Positions 1 to 9,153 of a stretch of 64,000 bases of DNA are shown one piece after another. The translations under genes were made by a program, and so were the position numbers. This stretch comes from Eubacteriales bacterium. GTDB lineage: Bacteria > Bacillota > Clostridia > Oscillospirales > CAG-272. The stretch lies in the NCBI GenBank assembly GCA_045580085.1, contig JAZNND010000049.1, positions 1,144-65,143 of the forward strand, in the 5' to 3' direction. Numbering within the stretch: the stretch's first letter is position 1; each line of letters starts with the position of its first letter. The notes beneath the pieces are model-generated. The model made no database searches, was not told the origin of the DNA, and worked only from the letters and a program-made list of their open reading frames with translations.

Positions 1-1271
1 GATGCTCCGAGATGAGACGCCAAGAGGGCGGTGGGAATAGCAAATGCCCAAAGCGAACCGATGTCAAACACGGTTGCCGCCAGGGTATCTCCTCCCGATC
101 GGAAGACACCGACGATTTGCACATAGGGAATGTTTCGGATGGGAAGCTCCAAACTGTAAATCAGGATCATGCCCGCCGCTGTTGCAAGCGTGATGGCAGG
201 GAGTGTTCCGCTGAGGTTGAAGAAGGCGAGAATGGGAGAACGCAACGCGATCAGAAGCCCACCGACGAACACCGAGAAAAGCGGAATGATCAATGAAAAA
301 CGCTTTGCGTCGCGTACGGCGTTTTCCGTTTCTCCCGCGCCGATGCTTTTTCCGATGCTGACACAGCAAGCGGCACCGAGACCTTGCACGAACGCAAAAG
401 CAATGCTCTCACAATTTTTAAAGATGGTTACGCCGCCGTACTCGTCTTTGCCGAGATTGGCATAGATGAGCGCAACAGTCCATGTGCCGAGCCCCCACAA
501 GCCTTCGTTGCAGATTACGGGAATCATCCGTTTTAAAACCGCAGTCAATTCCTTTTTGGTAAAGCGGAAAAAAGCGGCGGGAAGCGCACGGATTGCCGTT
601 TTACGCATCACGGACAGTACGATCAAAAGAATCGGACCGAGCCATGCCGAGATGACGGTTGCGACAGCGGCACCCGTAACGCCCATGGCGGGAATGGCAC
701 CGAGCCCAAAGATAAAAATATAGTTGAGCGCTGCGTTAGCGACGGTTGTGATACCCGATACCGCCATCGGCAGATTTACACATTCCGTGGAGCGAAGGGT
801 AGCCGATACCACGCTGTTGAGCATGATGGCGGGATAGGACCAGATGGCAACGGATAAATATGCCGCACCGACCGAAACGATCGTGGGATCCTGGTTGAAC
901 AAGGATATGACAAAAGGAGCAGATACGAGAGGTATGATGAGGATGGGGAGCATGATCACGCATGAAACAAGAAGTGCGATTCCCGTTACGCGGTGAATGC
1001 CCGGCATGTCTCTGACGCCCCAGTATTGAGCGAGAAAGACCGAGGCACCCGAGGAAACGCCGAACATAAAGATGTTTAACAACCATGCCCATTGCCCTGC
1101 CATACCCACTGCGGAAAGCTCGGTACCGCCCAACTGACTGACCATGGCGGTATCAATCAAGGCGAAAGAGGATATTAAAATGTTCTGAATTGCTATGGGG
1201 AGCGCAAGTCTTAGGCAGGAACGCCAAAAGGGGGCGTCTCCGAGATAGCGTGTTATTTTTGTTTTTACCAT
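1..1271 (-). CDS. MATE family efflux transporter (3' end cut by window edge)
   Basis: Absent from the ORF track because no stop lies inside the window. My minus-strand translation from the ATG at 1271 gives MVKTKITRYLGDAPFWRSCLRLALPIAIQNILISSFALIDTAMVSQLGGTELSAVGMAGQWAWLLNIFMFGVSSGASVFLAQYWG... The frame stays open to base 1 (...VGVFRSGGDTLAATVFDIGSLWAFAIPTALLAS). This is a typical MATE polytopic sequence. Confidence 0.8.
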   Translation of the reverse strand, partial: MVKTKITRYLGDAPFWRSCLRLALPIAIQNILISSFALIDTAMVSQLGGTELSAVGMAGQWAWLLNIFMFGVSSGASVFLAQYWGVRDMPGIHRVTGIALLVSCVIMLPILIIPLVSAPFVISLFNQDPTIVSVGAAYLSVAIWSYPAIMLNSVVSATLRSTECVNLPMAVSGITTVANAALNYIFIFGLGAIPAMGVTGAAVATVISAWLGPILLIVLSVMRKTAIRALPAAFFRFTKKELTAVLKRMIPVICNEGLWGLGTWTVALIYANLGKDEYGGVTIFKNCESIAFAFVQGLGAACCVSIGKSIGAGETENAVRDAKRFSLIIPLFSVFVGGLLIALRSPILAFFNLSGTLPAITLATAAGMILIYSLELPIRNIPYVQIVGVFRSGGDTLAATVFDIGSLWAFAIPTALLASHLGA

Positions 1272-1315
1272 TTTTGCAAGAAGGGGAGAGAGCAAAACGC
1301 TCTCTCCGATGTTTT

Positions 1316-2548
1316 TTAAAATGTTACTTTAGCGACTCTGACTACATAGCTTGTGCCGTAAGGATAGCCGGTGCAGTTTACGGTCAGCTCGCCGTTTTCT
1401 TGGCGGAATTCCAGCTTTTCGCCGTCATCGAGCCATTCAATGCTCTTGACCTTGCCTTCGATGCCGCGGAATACCTTGTCTCCGCATCCGCCGCCCGCAA
1501 CGGTAACGTTGGCATCGCCGCGGCGGGAGAGGTTGTGTACAAAGAGGAATACTTCGCCTTTTTCATTTTTAAGGCCGAAGTTCTTGTAATCGCCCTCAAT
1601 ACCGCAGGGAACGGTATCATAAATGGCTTCGCCGAATACACGGAGCCATCCGCCGATGGCTTTCAGCGTTTCCTTTTGCAAAGGATCGAGCAAGCCTTGT
1701 TCGCGCGGACCGATGTTAAGCAGATAGTTGGCACCGACACGGCGGCAGTGGCAAAGCGTTTCAATCAGCGCAGAGGTGGACTTGCAGTTGAAGTCGCCCG
1801 CACCGTAGCCCCAGTGGTCGTTGATCGTTTCACACATTTCGCATGCAACATATTTCGGCATGCCTTCGCGGTTCAAGGGCTCGGGGCGGCCTTGCTCAAA
1901 GGTGACACTGTCGATCTCGGGATTGCCGAATGCACCTCTGGCGGAAAGACCGGTGTTGTTGACGATGATGGCATCGGGTTGGTAGTGGCGGATGGTGGCA
2001 TAGAGTTCATCCTCTTTCCAGTCTGCGTCCTTTTTGGACCAGTTACCGTCAAACCAAAGACCGCCGATTTTGCCGTAGTTTGCGCAGAGAACCTCTACGG
2101 ATTTGCGCAAATACTCGAGATACTCGTCAAAGTTTTCGTTGAAGGACTTGACATACCAGTCAAGCGTGGTGTGATAGAAAAAGGGAATAATGCCTTCCTC
2201 GTTGCACGCGTCCACATATTCACGGATCAAGTCGCGCCCTGCGGGGGAGTGGGGGGCATCAAAATCCGAAAGCCCCTTGGTGTCGTAGAGAGAAAAGCCC
2301 TCGTGATGGCGTGTGGTCAGCACGATATATTTGGCACCTGCCGCTTTGGCGGTACGGGCTATATCTTTGGCGTCAAAATCTTCGGCGGTGAAGGTGTCAA
2401 AGAGTTTGTTATATTCTTCATCCGGAATTCCTTCGATGTACTTTGCCCATTCGCCTTTTCCTCTTTGAGAATAAAGACCGAAATGAATGAACATGCCGAA
2501 GCCGAGCTTTTCAAAATCACGGATGTACTTTTTTGGTGTAGGTGTCAT
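1316..2548 (-). CDS. alpha-L-fucosidase (GH29)
   Basis: 410-aa ORF with FGMFIHFGLYS, VLTTRHHEGFSLYDT and TLDWY blocks typical of GH29 fucosidases. The long + strand ORF opposite it is a shadow. Confidence 0.85.
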   Translation of the reverse strand: MTPTPKKYIRDFEKLGFGMFIHFGLYSQRGKGEWAKYIEGIPDEEYNKLFDTFTAEDFDAKDIARTAKAAGAKYIVLTTRHHEGFSLYDTKGLSDFDAPHSPAGRDLIREYVDACNEEGIIPFFYHTTLDWYVKSFNENFDEYLEYLRKSVEVLCANYGKIGGLWFDGNWSKKDADWKEDELYATIRHYQPDAIIVNNTGLSARGAFGNPEIDSVTFEQGRPEPLNREGMPKYVACEMCETINDHWGYGAGDFNCKSTSALIETLCHCRRVGANYLLNIGPREQGLLDPLQKETLKAIGGWLRVFGEAIYDTVPCGIEGDYKNFGLKNEKGEVFLFVHNLSRRGDANVTVAGGGCGDKVFRGIEGKVKSIEWLDDGEKLEFRQENGELTVNCTGYPYGTSYVVRVAKVTF

Positions 2549-3597
2549 GATGATACTCCTTTATGCTTTTTTTCTACCAAAAGGTGATAGATGGTCGCTA
2601 ACTGTTTATCGGTGAGACGTGCGTATTCTTTTAGGTAAGAGGCTGCCTTCTCTCGCAAGCTCTTGCCGGGCAGAGCTTGAAACTTTTCCACGAATTCCAT
2701 AAATTTTGGGTAATTTCTTGATCTGGTACCCCAGATGGAAAGGCTGGTAAATTCATATTCAAAAATTAAGTCCGCATAGCTCATACCGAGAAACGCACCC
2801 AAAACGAAAGCAAAGGTACCGGTGCGGTCAGCACCGCCCCAGCAATGATAGTAAATGGGGTAGTTTTTCGGATTGGCAAAAACGCGATAAAAACGGTTGA
2901 TGGCTTTGATCTGCTTGCGGTCGAAAACCTCTTCGTAAGGAACGGAAGGAACAAAAACGCGTTGCATCCCGACAAGCTCGCTTGTGGGGAAGTCTACCTT
3001 GCCGATGGCTTCTCCGCGCATGTCAAGATCCGTGCGCATGCCCACGCGGCGAAGCTCTTGCACGCCCTCGGGCGAAAGATGCATATGGAGTTCAAATTCG
3101 CCGCCGCGATAGACAAGACCTTGGCGAATGGTGCCCTCTTCTACCGTATAGCCGCCCATATCGCGCACGTTGGAAACGGCATCGATTTTTAGGCAACGGG
3201 GAAGAGCAAGCTCTGTTTGAAAAGAGGAAACCGAACTTCGCTTTCCTTCCTTTTGTACGCACCAAAAGTAGGATGTGCCGACTTTGAGGTTATATATTTC
3301 ATGCGTTGTCTCTTTGGTCATATATACCCAAGGTTCACGCATATCGGCGGATTCGGATATGAGAAGATAGTAATAAGCGTCTACCGCCTTTTCTTCTTCG
3401 CCAAGAATCTCTTCCCATGAGAAAACGGCGGGAAGAGGAAGCGAACGGTCGCATCCTTCTTTTTCAAGAGCGTACCATTTGAAGGTTAAAGCACCGTCCA
3501 TGGCGGCGCGGCGGTCTTCTTCCGCGATAAATGCTTTTTGAATGGAGGTTTGCAAGGTCACGGTCGCGCCTTCAAGCGGCGTTTTTAATTTGATCAT
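2545..3597 (-). CDS. protein-tyrosine/dual-specificity phosphatase-like protein with extra N-terminal domain
   Basis: 350-aa ORF. The C-terminal HCWGGADRTG matches the CX5R(S/T) phosphatase P-loop. Its stop overlaps the fucosidase start by 4 nt (2545-2548), suggesting co-translation. Confidence 0.7.
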   Translation of the reverse strand: MIKLKTPLEGATVTLQTSIQKAFIAEEDRRAAMDGALTFKWYALEKEGCDRSLPLPAVFSWEEILGEEEKAVDAYYYLLISESADMREPWVYMTKETTHEIYNLKVGTSYFWCVQKEGKRSSVSSFQTELALPRCLKIDAVSNVRDMGGYTVEEGTIRQGLVYRGGEFELHMHLSPEGVQELRRVGMRTDLDMRGEAIGKVDFPTSELVGMQRVFVPSVPYEEVFDRKQIKAINRFYRVFANPKNYPIYYHCWGGADRTGTFAFVLGAFLGMSYADLIFEYEFTSLSIWGTRSRNYPKFMEFVEKFQALPGKSLREKAASYLKEYARLTDKQLATIYHLLVEKKHKGVSS

Positions 3598-3608
3598 AGC
3601 AGCTTCCT

Positions 3609-4373
3609 TTACTGATTCTTTCCGAGTGCCAAGGCACGGCGGAATAATTCGGTGGCATCGTTGTAATTCTTTTCGGCTCGGTCCGCACCGAAAAATGCGT
3701 TCGTGGGAGAAGGCTTACGGATGCAAAGGATCGTGTTTTCGGGTAAGGACGATATGCCGGCTCTTTGACCGAAAGCGGTTTTGGAAAGCTGAACCCCGTA
3801 GGGCGTGCTCTTGCCGTTTTTATCGCGTGCGTAAATATCGTCTCCCCAATCGGCGATTTCGGGAAGAATATCGGTCACCGCGACAAAACCGTTTTCTTGG
3901 TTCACCATATGGAAAAGGTGGGGCGAGACCAAGAAGACCGTCAAATTCCCTGCTTGGACTTCATCGAGGTACATTTCTTGGTTTTTAAGGGAATGATTCA
4001 TGCTGTAGCTGATGTCCGAGGATGTCATGTCTTTGTATTGCTCGGAATCGGGAGAAATGTTCTCATCCACCCAATAGGAAACGAGGTTGACGGTTTTCTT
4101 ACCGTCTCCCGTACGGTCGAAACCCAAATCGGCAAAGGCTGCCTCAATATCCAAAATGGTTTGCTTATTGTTGAGGTTATAGGGACCGGCGTAAAGAACC
4201 TCGTAATCATAATCGTCTTTTTTGCACATCTGCAAGGAACAAATCAATATCACAACCACAAGAAACAAGGCTATGATGGAGTGCCATTTATAGTGATACC
4301 AATAGTTTTCGAGTTTTTTGAAAAAAGGGGAAGAAACTTTGATTTCCCCCACGGTTTGCTTTTCTTCTTCCAA
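3609..4373 (-). CDS. hypothetical single-pass membrane protein
   Basis: The ORF-track model starts at a TTG at 4433, which lies inside a strong promoter (see next feature). An in-frame TTG at 4373 sits 5 nt after AAAAGGAGA. The product MEEEKQTVGEIKVSSPFFKKLENYWYHYKWHSIIALFLVVVILICSL... has one TM segment and an extracytoplasmic domain. I recognise no family. Confidence 0.55.
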   Translation of the reverse strand: MEEEKQTVGEIKVSSPFFKKLENYWYHYKWHSIIALFLVVVILICSLQMCKKDDYDYEVLYAGPYNLNNKQTILDIEAAFADLGFDRTGDGKKTVNLVSYWVDENISPDSEQYKDMTSSDISYSMNHSLKNQEMYLDEVQAGNLTVFLVSPHLFHMVNQENGFVAVTDILPEIADWGDDIYARDKNGKSTPYGVQLSKTAFGQRAGISSLPENTILCIRKPSPTNAFFGADRAEKNYNDATELFRRALALGKNQ

Positions 4374-4421
4374 AACACATCTCCTTTTTATAAAAGCGAG
4401 GATAGGAAACAATCCAAGAGT

Positions 4422-4450
4422 ATTGTAGCACAATTCCCTTATTCCGTCAA
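4422..4450 (-). promoter_or_regulatory. sigma-A type promoter (TTGACG-17-TACAAT, TGn extended -10)
   Basis: The minus strand reads TTGACGgaataagggaattgtgcTACAAT, with -35 at 4450..4445 and -10 at 4427..4422. It is upstream of the 3609..4373 CDS. Confidence 0.6.
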
Positions 4451-4598
4451 GGGTTTTCGCCGTTTTTCAAAAAGTAAAAATACAAGGGTAATATGCGTGG
4501 TATTCCAAACTGAATATTTTATTTTTGTCCGCAGATGGAGTGCTTACAAAGAGAAAAGAGCAGAGACCGTAAAAATTCTCTGCTCTTTCTTATGGTTT

Positions 4599-5249
4599 TT
4601 ACATATGTTCTTTTATGAACGCGGCAATCTCGCGTGCGAGTACGAGGTGTCCCTCGGGATTGGGGTGGCAACCGTCGATGGTATGCTTTTTCCAGAAAAA
4701 ATTGCTTTTCTCGTGAAGATTTAAAACGGGGAAACCGTATTTTTCAGCCACATGCGCGACGGCGTCGGAGTAGTCGCCGAGAACATGACCGTTGAAGTTT
4801 TCTTCGGATGTGTCATGCTCCGAGGACTGATGCCAGTCTTCTCCTCCCGCAAAATTTCCGATGCCGTGATGGCGGTAGGGTGTGACAAACAGAACACGGA
4901 TATCCTTGTATACGGTTCGACAGCTTTCACAAATGTTACAAAGTGCTGTATAAAAATAGTCGGTGCCGTCGTTTTCTCCCTTCGGGAAAATGGGGCGGTC
5001 GCTCCAAAAATAATCATTGGTACCGCCGAAAACAATGGCGATGTCCGCCCCTTTGATGAGAGGGAGACGATCGATAAAGGCGTTTTTATCCGTTCTGTTA
5101 AGCCCTGCGCGGGCGACAAGTGTTCCCGTAATGCCGAGATTGATTTCCTCGGCTTGGAGCATATTCGCAACAAGAGTAGCAAAGCGTTCTTTTTTGTCGG
5201 TAAGACCGTAACCGAGCGTGATGCTGTCTCCCAAAAACGCGATTTTCAT
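4599..5249 (-). CDS. SGNH/GDSL family hydrolase (esterase)
   Basis: 216 aa. Contains MKIAFLGDSITLGYG (block I GDS), FGGTNDY (block III) and DGCHPN (block V DxxH). Confidence 0.85.
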   Translation of the reverse strand: MKIAFLGDSITLGYGLTDKKERFATLVANMLQAEEINLGITGTLVARAGLNRTDKNAFIDRLPLIKGADIAIVFGGTNDYFWSDRPIFPKGENDGTDYFYTALCNICESCRTVYKDIRVLFVTPYRHHGIGNFAGGEDWHQSSEHDTSEENFNGHVLGDYSDAVAHVAEKYGFPVLNLHEKSNFFWKKHTIDGCHPNPEGHLVLAREIAAFIKEHM

Positions 5250-5267
5250 TTTATAACCGTTCCTTTC

Positions 5268-6164
5268 TTACCCCATGCAAAGCAAAAGTACCGCGACAGT
5301 ACCCGAAGCAAGCCCAAGCCACTGCTTGAGCGTGAGACGCTCGCGAAAGAGAAGAAAAGCGGAAAGTGTTGTTAAAATCAACCCGCCTCCATTGACCAAT
5401 GGGAAAAATACCGCACTGTCCATAGCACCCGAAAGGTAAAGATTGAGTTTGTTGTTGAGCGCGACGCAAACGCCGCCCACAACCATCATAGCCCACGGCA
5501 GGGCGCGAATCAGCCACGACACATTTTGTGTGCTTTCTTGAGGGGGTTCTTTTCTCTTTAAGAAGAGTGCCATCATAGCAGAATACAGGAAGGAAACGGC
5601 GAAGGCAATCACGAGAAAAGCGTTGAGTTCTTCCTTATAAGAAGAGGACTGATGCCATTTTTGCATGACACCGATGCCGCCCGTGCAAAGAAAGGCGATA
5701 GCGCAAAACAAAAGCCAACGGAAAGAGGCTTTGCGCTTTTCGGTGTCACCGCTATTCTCAACCGAGAGAATCAAGCAAACGACCATGAAAAGAATACCGA
5801 TGATTTGCCATGCGCTGATATTCTCATGCCAGATCAATGCACCGGAAAGCGTGGGAATCAGCATGGAGAGGGACGTGATCACGGTGGTATACGCCCATGG
5901 TCCGTTTTCCATGGCTTCGAGTGTGGTAATTTGTTGCACGGCGGTGACGATGCCGAATACGATACCTAAGATCAAGGTAAAAGCAGAGATCGAAGAGATT
6001 CCGCCCCAAAGAAACAAAACAAGTGCCGCCATAACGGAGGTCGTTGCGTTGTAGATATGACGGGCGGATCCCACACCGCCATAGCGTTCGGTATAAAACT
6101 TGCGGATGATACCGCCGATGAGGGCGGCGATCATAGAAACGGTTAATGAAATCGGAATGTTCAT
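5268..6164 (-). CDS. DMT/EamA-like 10-TM permease
   Basis: Polytopic hydrophobic ORF. I chose the second ATG (6164) because GGAGA lies 7 nt upstream. It has two internally similar halves. Its C-terminal half resembles the 26054..26956 protein (FPLVNGGGLILTT... versus FPILTGGSVIIAG...). Confidence 0.6.
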   Translation of the reverse strand: MNIPISLTVSMIAALIGGIIRKFYTERYGGVGSARHIYNATTSVMAALVLFLWGGISSISAFTLILGIVFGIVTAVQQITTLEAMENGPWAYTTVITSLSMLIPTLSGALIWHENISAWQIIGILFMVVCLILSVENSGDTEKRKASFRWLLFCAIAFLCTGGIGVMQKWHQSSSYKEELNAFLVIAFAVSFLYSAMMALFLKRKEPPQESTQNVSWLIRALPWAMMVVGGVCVALNNKLNLYLSGAMDSAVFFPLVNGGGLILTTLSAFLLFRERLTLKQWLGLASGTVAVLLLCMG

Positions 6165-6237
6165 GCTTTTTTCTCCTTGCACTTGACTTTTTGATCACAA
6201 TGCATTATAATTATAGCACGATAAAATTTGCATTTCT

Positions 6238-7104
6238 ATGAGAAAGCAATCAAAAAATATAGAAAATCGTTCATTTGGAGATGCCATGGTTCACTTGCCT
6301 ATTTTAAACCGCACAGCAACGCTTTGCGATACGAGCTATGTGGTCAGCTATCACACCGACTATCTTTTGCCGGACGATGAGAGACTGGACGAATCGCACA
6401 TCCACGGTTGTTACGAGATCTATTTCAATTTGTCGGGTGATGTTTCTTTTCTTGTCAACAATCATCTTTATGCCATCGAAAGCGGTGATATCATCGTCAC
6501 ACGTCCGGGGGACGTACACCTTTGCATTTTGAACAAGGCATGTGTGCACGAGCATTATTGCTTGTGGATCGATGCGGCGGCAGGTTCTGCCATAGCGGAT
6601 CTTTTCGCAAGAGCTTTTCAAGATGTGTGCTATTCGCTGAAGGGGAAAAAAGAACGAGCCGCGAATCTGTTCAAGCAGCTTTATGAGGGAGAAAATTCGA
6701 CACTCAAGGACACTGCCATTCTTCTCTCACTTCTCTTCTTTTTGGAAGAGCAAGGAGAACAGCATATAGATGCAGATGCGCATGCTATGCCTGCCGAAAT
6801 GCAAACAATAGTTGACGATATTAATGAAAAATTTGCGGATATTCGATATATTGAAGATATCCTTGCCCGTTATTACGTTAGCCAGGCAACTTTGAACCGT
6901 TGGTTCCGAAAATACATGCATCTGTCTCCCAAGGAGTTTTTGGAAGCGAAGAAGCTTTCCTATGCCAAAGGGCTTTTGGCAAGCGGCGCAAGTGTGATTG
7001 ATGCGTGCACAAAGTCCGGGTTCAACGACTGCTCTCATTTTATTTCGGTTTTTAAAAAACGGTTTGGAGAAACTCCTTTTCGGTATAAATGCAGACATAA
7101 ATAA
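6238..7104 (+). CDS. AraC family transcriptional regulator
   Basis: 288 aa. Has a cupin-like N-terminus and a C-terminal double HTH (YYVSQATLNRWFRKYMHLSPKEFL ... DCSHFISVFKKRFGETPFRY). Confidence 0.85.
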   Translation: MRKQSKNIENRSFGDAMVHLPILNRTATLCDTSYVVSYHTDYLLPDDERLDESHIHGCYEIYFNLSGDVSFLVNNHLYAIESGDIIVTRPGDVHLCILNKACVHEHYCLWIDAAAGSAIADLFARAFQDVCYSLKGKKERAANLFKQLYEGENSTLKDTAILLSLLFFLEEQGEQHIDADAHAMPAEMQTIVDDINEKFADIRYIEDILARYYVSQATLNRWFRKYMHLSPKEFLEAKKLSYAKGLLASGASVIDACTKSGFNDCSHFISVFKKRFGETPFRYKCRHK

Positions 7105-7106
7105 AA

Positions 7107-7140
7107 AACGGATTTGCCCTCAAAGAGCAAACCCGTTTTT
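7107..7140. terminator. bidirectional stem-loop between araC-like gene and lysS
   Basis: aacggatttgc (7107-7117) pairs with gcaaacccgtt (7127-7137) with one mismatch. The stem is flanked by A-runs and T-runs. Confidence 0.55.
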
Positions 7141-7145
7141 TTTAT

Positions 7146-8624
7146 TTAATCAATCGGTTTCATGGTGGGGAACAGCAGTACGTCGCGGATGGAGGCACTG
7201 TCGGTCAACAGCATGACGAGACGGTCGATACCGAATCCGAGACCGCCCGTGGGAGGCATGCCGTATTCAAGTGCCGTTACGAAGTCGTAGTCTACTTCGC
7301 TCTTGGAGGAGGGATCTTCTGCGTGCTTAGCGGCAACCTGCTTTTCAAAGCGTTCTTTTTGGTCAATGGGATCGTTGAGCTCGGAGAAAGCGTTGCCAAA
7401 TTCCGTTGCGTTGATGAAATACTCAAAACGCTCGGTGAAAGCGGGATCTTCGGGCTTTCTCTTGGCGAGAGGGCTGTTCTCAACAGGGTAGTCATAAATA
7501 AAGGTAGGCTGAATGAGGTGCTCTTCTACGAAAGCATCGAAGAATTCTACAAGCACCGTACCCTTGGTGGCTCCCTCGGGAACCTCTACGTGATGCTCCT
7601 TAGCGCAAGCGCGGGCATCTTCGTCGGTTGCCCAGTCATTGAAATCACAACCGGAATACTTCTTGACAGCTTCGACCATGGTAAGTCTTTCCCATTTGCC
7701 CATATCGATCTCGTTGCCTTGATAGGTGATGACGGTGGAGCCGCAGATGGTTTTCGTGAGCTTGCTGTACATATCTTCTACAAGATCCATCATGCCCTTG
7801 TAATCGGTATAGGCTTGATAGAGCTCAATGGTGGTAAATTCGGGGTTGTGCTTGGGATCCATGCCCTCGTTGCGGAAAATTCTTCCGACTTCGTATACAC
7901 GATTCATACCACCCACGATGAGACGCTTTAAGTAAAGCTCGGTCTCAATACGCAGATACATGTCCATATCCAGCGTGTTATGGTGGGTAGCGAAGGAGCG
8001 TGCCGATGCGCCGATTTCCAGCGGAACGAGAATAGGCGTGTCTACTTCAAGGAAGCCTTTTTCGTCAAGATAAGAACGAAGCTCTTTCAGAATGCGGGAA
8101 CGCTTGATAAAGGTTTCTTTTACTTCGGGATTGACGATAAGGTCAACGTATCTTTGGCGGTAGCGGGTTTCGGTATCTTTCAGTCCGTGAAATTTTTCGG
8201 GAAGAGGCAAAAGGGATTTTGCGAGAAGTTTGATCGCTTTTGCATGAACCGATACTTCGCCTGTCTGGGTACGGAATACAAAGCCTTCGATGCCGATGAT
8301 ATCGCCGATGTCCCATTTCTTGAAATCGGCATAATCCTCTTCGCCCACCTCATCGCGGCGGACATAGAGTTGAATTTGACCTTCGCCGTCGTAAAGATGA
8401 ACGAAGGAAGCCTTGCCCATGATGCGGCGGCTCATCATTCTGCCTGCGAGACGAACGGTTTTTTCTTCGTAATTGTCAAAATCGGAAATAATATCGGGTG
8501 CCTTTGCTGTGACGTCGTAACCTGTTACGGTGAAGGGATTCTTGCCGTTTTCCACAAGCGCGGTAAGCTTATCACGGCGCACCTGAAGCTCCGAGGTAGC
8601 GTTAAGCTTGATTTCTTCTGCCAT
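7146..8624 (-). CDS. lysS: lysine--tRNA ligase (class II)
   Basis: 492 aa. Has an N-terminal OB anticodon-binding region and class II motifs (FRNEGMDPKHNPEFTTIELY, GGLGFGIDRLVMLLT). The greA-lysS gene order is classic. Confidence 0.95.
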   Translation of the reverse strand: MAEEIKLNATSELQVRRDKLTALVENGKNPFTVTGYDVTAKAPDIISDFDNYEEKTVRLAGRMMSRRIMGKASFVHLYDGEGQIQLYVRRDEVGEEDYADFKKWDIGDIIGIEGFVFRTQTGEVSVHAKAIKLLAKSLLPLPEKFHGLKDTETRYRQRYVDLIVNPEVKETFIKRSRILKELRSYLDEKGFLEVDTPILVPLEIGASARSFATHHNTLDMDMYLRIETELYLKRLIVGGMNRVYEVGRIFRNEGMDPKHNPEFTTIELYQAYTDYKGMMDLVEDMYSKLTKTICGSTVITYQGNEIDMGKWERLTMVEAVKKYSGCDFNDWATDEDARACAKEHHVEVPEGATKGTVLVEFFDAFVEEHLIQPTFIYDYPVENSPLAKRKPEDPAFTERFEYFINATEFGNAFSELNDPIDQKERFEKQVAAKHAEDPSSKSEVDYDFVTALEYGMPPTGGLGFGIDRLVMLLTDSASIRDVLLFPTMKPID

Positions 8625-8641
8625 TTTTATAAAGTCCTTTC

Positions 8642-9127
8642 TTATGCACCTGCGCGGCGAACATTCTTGACAACAAGCGAGATGATCTTGCCGTTAGGAA
8701 GCTCGATGGATACCTTTTCTCCCGATTGAGTGCCGAGAAGTCCGGCACCGATTGCGGATTGGTCGGAAATTTTGCCGGCAAGAGGATCTGCCTCATAAGA
8801 GCCGACGATATGATAGGTCTTCTTAACCTTGGTTTCGGTGTTTTCTACTTCCACGATTGAGCCGACGGAAACGCGGGTGTGGTCAATCTCGGATTCGTCG
8901 ATGACGTGAGCGACCGCGATCATTTCCTCAAGTTCGTGAATGCGCATTTCGATCTTGGCTTCTTCGTTCTTTGCCTCATCGTATTCGCTGTTCTCAGAAA
9001 GGTCTCCGTAGCTTCTTGCCTTGGCTACCTCTTCTTTAATCTCGTTGCGGCGAACGTTTTTGAGTTCATTCAGCTCCTTTAACAGTGCATCGTAACCCGC
9101 TTGGGTATAATTCTTTGCTTCAGCCAT
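8642..9127 (-). CDS. greA: transcription elongation factor GreA
   Basis: 161 aa. MAEAKNYTQAGYDALLKELNELK...ARSYGDLSENSEYDEAK is the GreA coiled-coil with its acidic tip. Confidence 0.95.
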   Translation of the reverse strand: MAEAKNYTQAGYDALLKELNELKNVRRNEIKEEVAKARSYGDLSENSEYDEAKNEEAKIEMRIHELEEMIAVAHVIDESEIDHTRVSVGSIVEVENTETKVKKTYHIVGSYEADPLAGKISDQSAIGAGLLGTQSGEKVSIELPNGKIISLVVKNVRRAGA

Positions 9128-9153
9128 GATAATTCTCCCTTATGATAATGTTT

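Noticed and set aside
1190-2587. 465-aa + strand ORF
   Set aside because: It is antisense to the clear GH29 fucosidase. Its translation is low-complexity (A/V/G/F-rich) with no recognisable motifs, so it is a typical shadow ORF in GC-rich coding DNA.
3765-4724. 319-aa + strand ORF spanning the 3609-4373 gene and the intergenic region
   Set aside because: It is antisense to a membrane-protein ORF that has promoter and SD support. It crosses an obvious intergenic promoter region and has shadow composition.
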